Shown piece after piece: positions 34,706 through 39,951 of a stretch of 39,951 bases of DNA. The stretch lies in IMG/VR virus record IMGVR_UViG_3300037851_000171, positions 1 to 39,951 of that record; one strand, written 5' to 3'. Position 1 is the first letter of the stretch. Each line of letters opens with the position of its first letter. This DNA is from a virus. Lineage: Duplodnaviria; Caudoviricetes. The position numbers and the translations under genes are program-made. Under the pieces are notes generated by a model. It made no database searches and had not been told where the DNA came from. It saw only the letters and a list, made by a program, of their open reading frames with translations.

Positions 34706-35941
34706 TTAGCCGGCGTAGGACAGGTTGCCGGTGATGAACGCCGCCGGCCGGTAGACGGCCAGCGCGAGACGCGCCTCGCACAGGATCGCCACGAGGTTCC
34801 TCGTGAAGAAGTCGCTGTGCTGGTCGCTGACGCGGATCGAGATGCCCTCGCGGTCGTAGATGGCCGCGCCCAGGTCGAACGCGCCGACGAGGAACGTGCC
34901 GACGGTCTTGGACTGCGTTGCCACCACCGACTTGCCCCACACGCGCGGCGCTTCCATGCTGTGCGGATCGGAGAACAGGTAGCGGCCCTGGGTGTCCTTC
35001 AGCAGGCAGATGTTCGTCCAGTCGGTCGGGTGCAGGACGACCGCCGAGGCCTCGTACTCCGACAGCGACACCTGCAGGAACGCCTTCAGCAGGGTGTCGA
35101 GCGCCGTCTGGTTGGTCGCGCCGCCGGTGAACGCGGTTGCCTGGTTCACCAGCCCGTTTAGCTCGCCGTTGGCGCCCGTCGAGTTGAGGATCTCGTCCTC
35201 TTCCTCGAGCGACAGGCCGTAGGCGAGGCGCGTGTCGATGTAGCCGGCGAGCTGCGCCGCGTCGGAGAGCACCTGGCGGGAGGCGCCGATCCAGTGGGCG
35301 AGCGTGATGACGGCCGCGGTCGAAAGCAGGAACGTGATGTCGGATTCCGGCTTGATCGCGCCTTCCGTCGTGCCGCTCGGCGAGTCGGTGCCGCCCTGCG
35401 GCCCGGCGCTGTTCGTGAAGACCAGCTCGGACGCGTACTCGATCAGGTTCGAGGTCGTCGGGATCGACGGCAGGAGGTTGCGAATCGTCATGCGGCGCAT
35501 GGGCGGCGTGATGATGCCGGGCACGCGGTCGCCGTTGACCAGCGGCTGGAGGGTGTTCAGCGTGGCGTTGACGATGGTCTTGCGCTCGATGATGGCCGGC
35601 GCGCTCTTGTAATCGCGGCTGGCGATCATGTTGCGGTAGGCGTCGGACTCGACGAAGCACTGGCCTGCGGTCTTGAGCTCCGAGGCGGACGACGCCGAGC
35701 CGGCGGCGGCCTTCTGCTCTGCGTCCAGGACGCGCTCGCGCAGGCCTTTGATCTCGGCCTGCAGCGCGAGGTTCGACTCGCTGATCGCCTTCAGCTCGGC
35801 GTTCGTCTGCCCGTGGATCGTGCCTTCGCGGCGCGACTCTTCCAGCGCCTTGTCGGCGGTGTCCTGCGCCTTCTTGATGCCATCGGCGAGGCGGCCTTCG
35901 GCGGCCTTCAACTCGTCGAGGATCTTCTGCATGTCGCTCAT
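34706..35941 (-). CDS. Major capsid protein, HK97 fold (411 aa)
   Basis: Coiled-coil delta domain, IKPESDITF, LAHWIGASRQVL, DFFTRNLVAILCEARLAL. Confidence 0.96.
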   Translation of the reverse strand: MSDMQKILDELKAAEGRLADGIKKAQDTADKALEESRREGTIHGQTNAELKAISESNLALQAEIKGLRERVLDAEQKAAAGSASSASELKTAGQCFVESDAYRNMIASRDYKSAPAIIERKTIVNATLNTLQPLVNGDRVPGIITPPMRRMTIRNLLPSIPTTSNLIEYASELVFTNSAGPQGGTDSPSGTTEGAIKPESDITFLLSTAAVITLAHWIGASRQVLSDAAQLAGYIDTRLAYGLSLEEEDEILNSTGANGELNGLVNQATAFTGGATNQTALDTLLKAFLQVSLSEYEASAVVLHPTDWTNICLLKDTQGRYLFSDPHSMEAPRVWGKSVVATQSKTVGTFLVGAFDLGAAIYDREGISIRVSDQHSDFFTRNLVAILCEARLALAVYRPAAFITGNLSYAG

Positions 35942-35954
35942 GATTGAGCCCCTT

Positions 35955-36599
35955 TCAGGATTTGATTGAACGGATGTACTCCAGCACTTGCGCTGCCTCG
36001 TCCAACCCGCCCCCAGTCTCCTCACGAGCCGTTGCGAGCTTCCGCCACCCGCCCGAGGCCAGCAGCTTGGCCTGGGCGTTCGAGAATCCCCCTTCCTCAC
36101 GAAGGAAGTCCTCGAAGGCGCGGATGTCCGTGATCTGCCGCAGGCGTTCCTTCGCGCTGGTCACGCCCGCAAGTGGATTCATACCCCAAGTCACCACGCT
36201 CACTTCCCAAAGCTTTAGGCTTTTCAGCAGGCGGACGCCGGATTCCATGATTTCGGCGCCGCCCGGCAGGATGTCGAAGCCGATGGACATGCCCCGGACG
36301 CTGCCGGCCTTCATGTGGGCGAGCGCCTTCCTGGCCATGGGGTCCTCGAGCACCAGCTGGCCCTCGAAGGCGAGCCCGCGGTCGTCCTGGCGCACCTTGG
36401 CCAGCCCGATGGGCGCCCGGCTGTCGTGCTGCCACAGCGCGGTCACCATCCCGTCGCCGTTGGTCACGACCTCCTTGAAGGCGCCGCGCTCGACGATGTC
36501 GCCGCCGAGGTCGATGTTTCCGAAGATCGAGGCGTAGCCGGAAAACGATCCGGAGTCCCCGGCGGCCTTGTACTCGGCCGGTGTGTTCAGGTATTTCAT
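35955..36599 (-). CDS. HK97-family prohead protease (214 aa)
   Basis: FSGYASIFGNIDLGGDIV, LWQHD, GMSIGF, LWEVSVVTWGMN. Confidence 0.93.
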   Translation of the reverse strand: MKYLNTPAEYKAAGDSGSFSGYASIFGNIDLGGDIVERGAFKEVVTNGDGMVTALWQHDSRAPIGLAKVRQDDRGLAFEGQLVLEDPMARKALAHMKAGSVRGMSIGFDILPGGAEIMESGVRLLKSLKLWEVSVVTWGMNPLAGVTSAKERLRQITDIRAFEDFLREEGGFSNAQAKLLASGGWRKLATAREETGGGLDEAAQVLEYIRSIKS

Positions 36600-36609
36600 G
36601 GTCCTCTCC

Positions 36610-38553
36610 TCATGCTGCGAGCAGCAGCAGAGCTGCGGCCCGACGTTCGCGCAAAGTCCTGCCCATCGTCGCCTGCGCGACACATCCATCGTCCTGCTCG
36701 ACCACCGACAGCCTGGCGGTCGCTGGCCATTCCTCGGCCACCCGGCGCGGCCCCCTGACGCGGCGCCGTTCCAGCGTCGGCGGCCCCGGCAGGGCAACGA
36801 CCGTGGTGTCCTGCGGCACCGTGGCTGTCGCCGAAATGGCGTCCCCGGCCTCCGTAACTTCCAAAGCTGCGGTGCGCGGCTGGCCGGTGTTGACGTCCGA
36901 GGCGAGCTGGTCGTCCGCTTCCGTCCTGGAAAGCGCCGCCGCCACGGCAAGCGCGGCCGTGGTGGAGGAGGTGTCGGCGCTTTCCGAAATGGACGCGGCT
37001 GCCGCGATGGCGGCGGTGGCGGCCGAGGTTGCGGCGTCGTCAGCTTCCGCCTGGTCGACGGTGGCGACGATGACCGCCATCTGGCCGGCATCGGAAGCGA
37101 TGGTGTCGGCCGATTCCGTCTGCGCCAGAGCGGCCAGTAGCGGAATGGTCGCGGCCGCCGCGCTGGTGTCGGCGCTCTCGTCGTTGGCAGCCGCCGCGGC
37201 GATCGCCAGCGTGGCGGCGGCGCTGATCGTGTCCGCACTCTCGGCGTTGCTGGCGGTCGAGACGATCGCCAGCGTGGCGGCCGAAGTCGGCGCGTCGTCG
37301 GCCTCCGCAATGGAGGCGTCCGCGGCGATCGCCTGGTAGCCACCCTGCGCCAGAAGCGAATCGTCTGCCTCGGCGATGGACGCGGAGGCGGCAATAGCGA
37401 GCGCTGCCGTGGCGGCTATCGAGTCATCAGCATCCGAGGCACTGGCGATCGCCGTTATCGCCACGGACGCGGCCGCCGAAACGGTGTCCACCCCTTCCGT
37501 CTGCGAGACTGTCGCGGAGATCGCCAAGGCGGCGGCGGCGGATACGGTGTCGGCGTCCTCGGACTGCGATGCCGTAGCGGCAATCGCCAGCGCCGCTGCG
37601 GCCGAGATGGTGTCCGCGGCTTCCGCTATGGCCGCGTCCGCAGTGATCCCGGCGGCCGAGATCGTGAAGTCCGAGCTGATCGTGTCAGCAGCCTCTGCAA
37701 CGGAGGCCGACGCGGTGATCGGGATCGTTGCCGACGCGGTGATGCTGTCAACGGCCTCCGACTGCGACGTGGTTGCGGTGACCGGGATTGTTGCCGCTGC
37801 ACTGCTGGTGTCGTTAGCTTCCGTCTGCGTAAGCGTCGCCGCAATCGAAGCCGGGCGAAGGGCGACCGTCCGCGCCGTCCACGAGTCGTTGGCGCCCGTC
37901 GTCCCACCACCCGTGATCGCCGCTGGATCGTAGCTGCCGCTAGTCCACCCGGTGTAGTACCCGCCGCCCTGCATGCAGTCAGCGGTGTCGGCAGTAGTCC
38001 CGCCCAGCCAGTCTGTGGAGAAATCCGTCGGAGCCGTGTACGCCGTGCCAGCAGATGCGGCAGAAGCGTAGAAGGCGAGAATCCACGCGCCAGAGGTCGT
38101 CGGCGTGATGGCGGGCGGATTCGGGCGGCCCGTCGCCGTTCCCGTCGCACCCTGTGACGTCGTGTCTATCGGCGTGGCGCTGTCAACCCCCCGGAAGACA
38201 TGAACCACCCACCGCTGCGCGTTTCTCGCGTGCCCCGACGACGGGATCGTGAGAGACGTATCGACCGTCGAGCCCTGAATCGTGTAGTTGAACTGCGAGA
38301 ACGAGTCGTAGGTGACCGTCGTGATCGACTGGAAAGTCTCGGTCGTGTACGCGCCGTTGTTATTGCCCGTGATCGCCTGGCTGGTAGGCGAACCCGTGCC
38401 GTCTCCAGCCGCCGAACACCAGACGACGACGAGGTCACCCGCTGACGGCGATGTATTAGACCCGCCGGTCAGCGTGCCGGAAAGGGACTGGGTGGTGGTG
38501 CTGGTCGAACCAGCCCGCCCTCCCGTTACCCCTCCGACGTAGGTGATAGCCAC
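36610..38553 (-). CDS. Putative head/neck fibre: beta-rich N-domain plus about 16 tandem 21-aa repeats
   Basis: Repeat unit like IAATASQSEDADTVSAAAALA. Lies between portal and protease; GSP near the N-terminus. Confidence 0.7.
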   Translation of the reverse strand: MAITYVGGVTGGRAGSTSTTTQSLSGTLTGGSNTSPSAGDLVVVWCSAAGDGTGSPTSQAITGNNNGAYTTETFQSITTVTYDSFSQFNYTIQGSTVDTSLTIPSSGHARNAQRWVVHVFRGVDSATPIDTTSQGATGTATGRPNPPAITPTTSGAWILAFYASAASAGTAYTAPTDFSTDWLGGTTADTADCMQGGGYYTGWTSGSYDPAAITGGGTTGANDSWTARTVALRPASIAATLTQTEANDTSSAAATIPVTATTSQSEAVDSITASATIPITASASVAEAADTISSDFTISAAGITADAAIAEAADTISAAAALAIAATASQSEDADTVSAAAALAISATVSQTEGVDTVSAAASVAITAIASASDADDSIAATAALAIAASASIAEADDSLLAQGGYQAIAADASIAEADDAPTSAATLAIVSTASNAESADTISAAATLAIAAAAANDESADTSAAAATIPLLAALAQTESADTIASDAGQMAVIVATVDQAEADDAATSAATAAIAAAASISESADTSSTTAALAVAAALSRTEADDQLASDVNTGQPRTAALEVTEAGDAISATATVPQDTTVVALPGPPTLERRRVRGPRRVAEEWPATARLSVVEQDDGCVAQATMGRTLRERRAAALLLLAA

Positions 38554-38582
38554 GGAAACGGGAAAGCGCTAGTGACTCAAGT

Positions 38583-38993
38583 TCAGGCGTTTCCGGCGGT
38601 GAGCGTAAAGGTGTTGACCGTGACCACCTGCCCGACGCCGATCGAGGTGTTGTCCACCGTCATGGCGCCGCCGCCGCCCGTGGCCGTCACGTCGCCCTGG
38701 ATGTCGCATTCGTTCGGCGAGCCAGGACGCAGGATCGAGAAGTAGCCGATGGTGCCGCCCGCAAGCCCCGTCACCTGCCAGGTGCCGGTTTTCGAAACCG
38801 CGCCGTCGGCCGCAGCCGACAGCCAGTCGGACGGGAGCGCCGCCTGCGCGAGCAGCGTGCCCGTGCGAGCAGCGGCACAGTTGGCCGGGAGCGAGCCGCT
38901 GCGCAGCTCCAGCAGCGGCGCAGAGCCGACGGTCGTCTCGATCGTTCCCATCTTGTTGGTGCGAAGGATCACGCTGTATTGCAGGGTTGCCAT
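38583..38993 (-). CDS. Small beta-rich virion protein (candidate fibre subunit/decoration)
   Basis: AGGAGAGG RBS, Gly/Thr-rich 136 aa, contains GSP. Confidence 0.7.
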   Translation of the reverse strand: MATLQYSVILRTNKMGTIETTVGSAPLLELRSGSLPANCAAARTGTLLAQAALPSDWLSAAADGAVSKTGTWQVTGLAGGTIGYFSILRPGSPNECDIQGDVTATGGGGAMTVDNTSIGVGQVVTVNTFTLTAGNA

Positions 38994-39005
38994 TGGCCTC
39001 TCCTA

Positions 39006-39951
39006 TCAGTGCTGTTTATGGGCGGATCCGCCCGGCAGGTTGGTGAATTCCTTGATCACGAGCTCGCGGTTCTGCTTCTGGATGTCTACCAGGCCGACCA
39101 TGGCCCCGGTCAGGCGGTTGATGGCGTCCATCTGCTCGGCCGACGTCTTTTCCACCCGATCGAGCAGCGCCTTGTGCTGCGCGTTCATGCGCGCCACGCC
39201 GACCGCGATGTCCTCCAGCGCAGGGAACTCGACGCGCTGCATGAGCTCGTGCTTCATGCTGTCCGGCAGCTGCAGGTTCACGGTGTTGGCGAAGGCCTTT
39301 TCGGCACCCTCTTCGCGCGGCGCTGGCTCGGGAGCGGCCATGGCCGTCGCTGGCTCCGGCGGGTCCTCGAAGATCCGCTCCACCGGCAGCAGGTTCGACT
39401 GGCACGTGAAGTCATCCATGCCTTCCTCGTCGATCGTGTTCCGGTTCTCCAGCGCCCGCACCTCGTTGCGGCTCATCCAGCCGTTCTGCACGGCCGAGGA
39501 GTAGAGCGCTGCGCGCCCGGCGGCGTCCGCCCGCAGCAGCGCGTCGACGTTGAAGCGCACGAAGTAGCGGCTCCTCTCCTCCGGCGTCATCAGCCAGCGC
39601 GCGGCCGAGGACTCGATCCGCGTCAGGTACGGCGCCAGGGTGAACTGGACGAACTCGAGCCCTTGGTGCTCGATGTTGTTGTTCGTGGATCGGGACAGGT
39701 CCGCGACCATGTGCGGCGGGATGCGGTAGATGCGGCAAATCTCCTGGATGGAGAAGCCCCGGAGCTGCATGAACTGCGCGTCCTCGAGTGGCATGGTGGC
39801 CGCCGTCGCCGTCATGCCGCCTTCCAGGATCGCGGCCCTGTGTGCGTTGTCCAGCCCTTGCCATATCTTCTCGATGTTGCGCCGCGCGATCTCCCGCTGG
39901 TCCTTCTCCAGCCACTGCGGAATCGAGATGATCCAGCTCGGGTTCGCCCCG
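39006..39951 (-). CDS. HK97-family portal protein, C-terminal part
   Basis: DAQFMQLR...EICRIYRIPPHMV...NNIEHQ...LLRAD...GWMSRNEVRALEN, plus an extra C-terminal segment. Confidence 0.93.
   Translation of the reverse strand, partial: GANPSWIISIPQWLEKDQREIARRNIEKIWQGLDNAHRAAILEGGMTATAATMPLEDAQFMQLRGFSIQEICRIYRIPPHMVADLSRSTNNNIEHQGLEFVQFTLAPYLTRIESSAARWLMTPEERSRYFVRFNVDALLRADAAGRAALYSSAVQNGWMSRNEVRALENRNTIDEEGMDDFTCQSNLLPVERIFEDPPEPATAMAAPEPAPREEGAEKAFANTVNLQLPDSMKHELMQRVEFPALEDIAVGVARMNAQHKALLDRVEKTSAEQMDAINRLTGAMVGLVDIQKQNRELVIKEFTNLPGGSAHKQH
39825..39951. repeat. 127-bp terminal direct repeat, right copy
   Basis: Identical to 1..127. Confidence 0.95.

Noticed and set aside
36800-37860. CRISPR array or nucleotide tandem repeat
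   Set aside because: The periodicity is a degenerate 21-aa protein repeat inside an ORF. There are no identical DNA repeats with unique spacers and no cas operon.
16402-38723. GSP motif as a dispersed DNA repeat or mobile mini-element
   Set aside because: Codons differ among copies (GGT TCC CCG, GGA AGT CCG, GGC AGC CCG, GGG TCG CCG and others) and the flanks share no nucleotide similarity.
39825-39951. Biological terminal repeat
   Set aside because: It is exactly 127 nt (a common assembler k-mer size) and lies mid-portal, so it is best explained as circular contig overlap. HNH/terS context suggests cos ends elsewhere.

Overview
The window is a complete circular genome (about 39,824 bp plus a 127-nt assembly overlap) of a temperate, GC-rich, HK97-like siphovirus. 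The host is probably proteobacterial, since attP matches the 3' half of a tRNA-Pro(GGG). Standard modules are present: HNH/terS/terL, portal (split across the window ends), prohead protease, HK97-fold capsid, neck and tail genes, tape measure, tail tip and LRR fibre, a lysis cassette, a tyrosine integrase, recombination genes and a cI/cro switch. The late operon is unusual. It carries about six glycosyltransferase-like and three SAM-methyltransferase genes among the head/neck genes, and a radical SAM/SPASM gene coupled between terL and portal. In parallel, the tripeptide Gly-Ser-Pro occurs 17 times in 11 predicted virion-surface proteins, with variable codons, and a related Asp-Ser-Pro lies in an insertion in the capsid E-loop. 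Gly-Ser-Pro is absent from the tape measure, portal, terminase and the modifying enzymes. My best inference is a phage-encoded, sequon-directed virion O-glycosylation system. Protein family calls come from motif recognition only; no searches were run.
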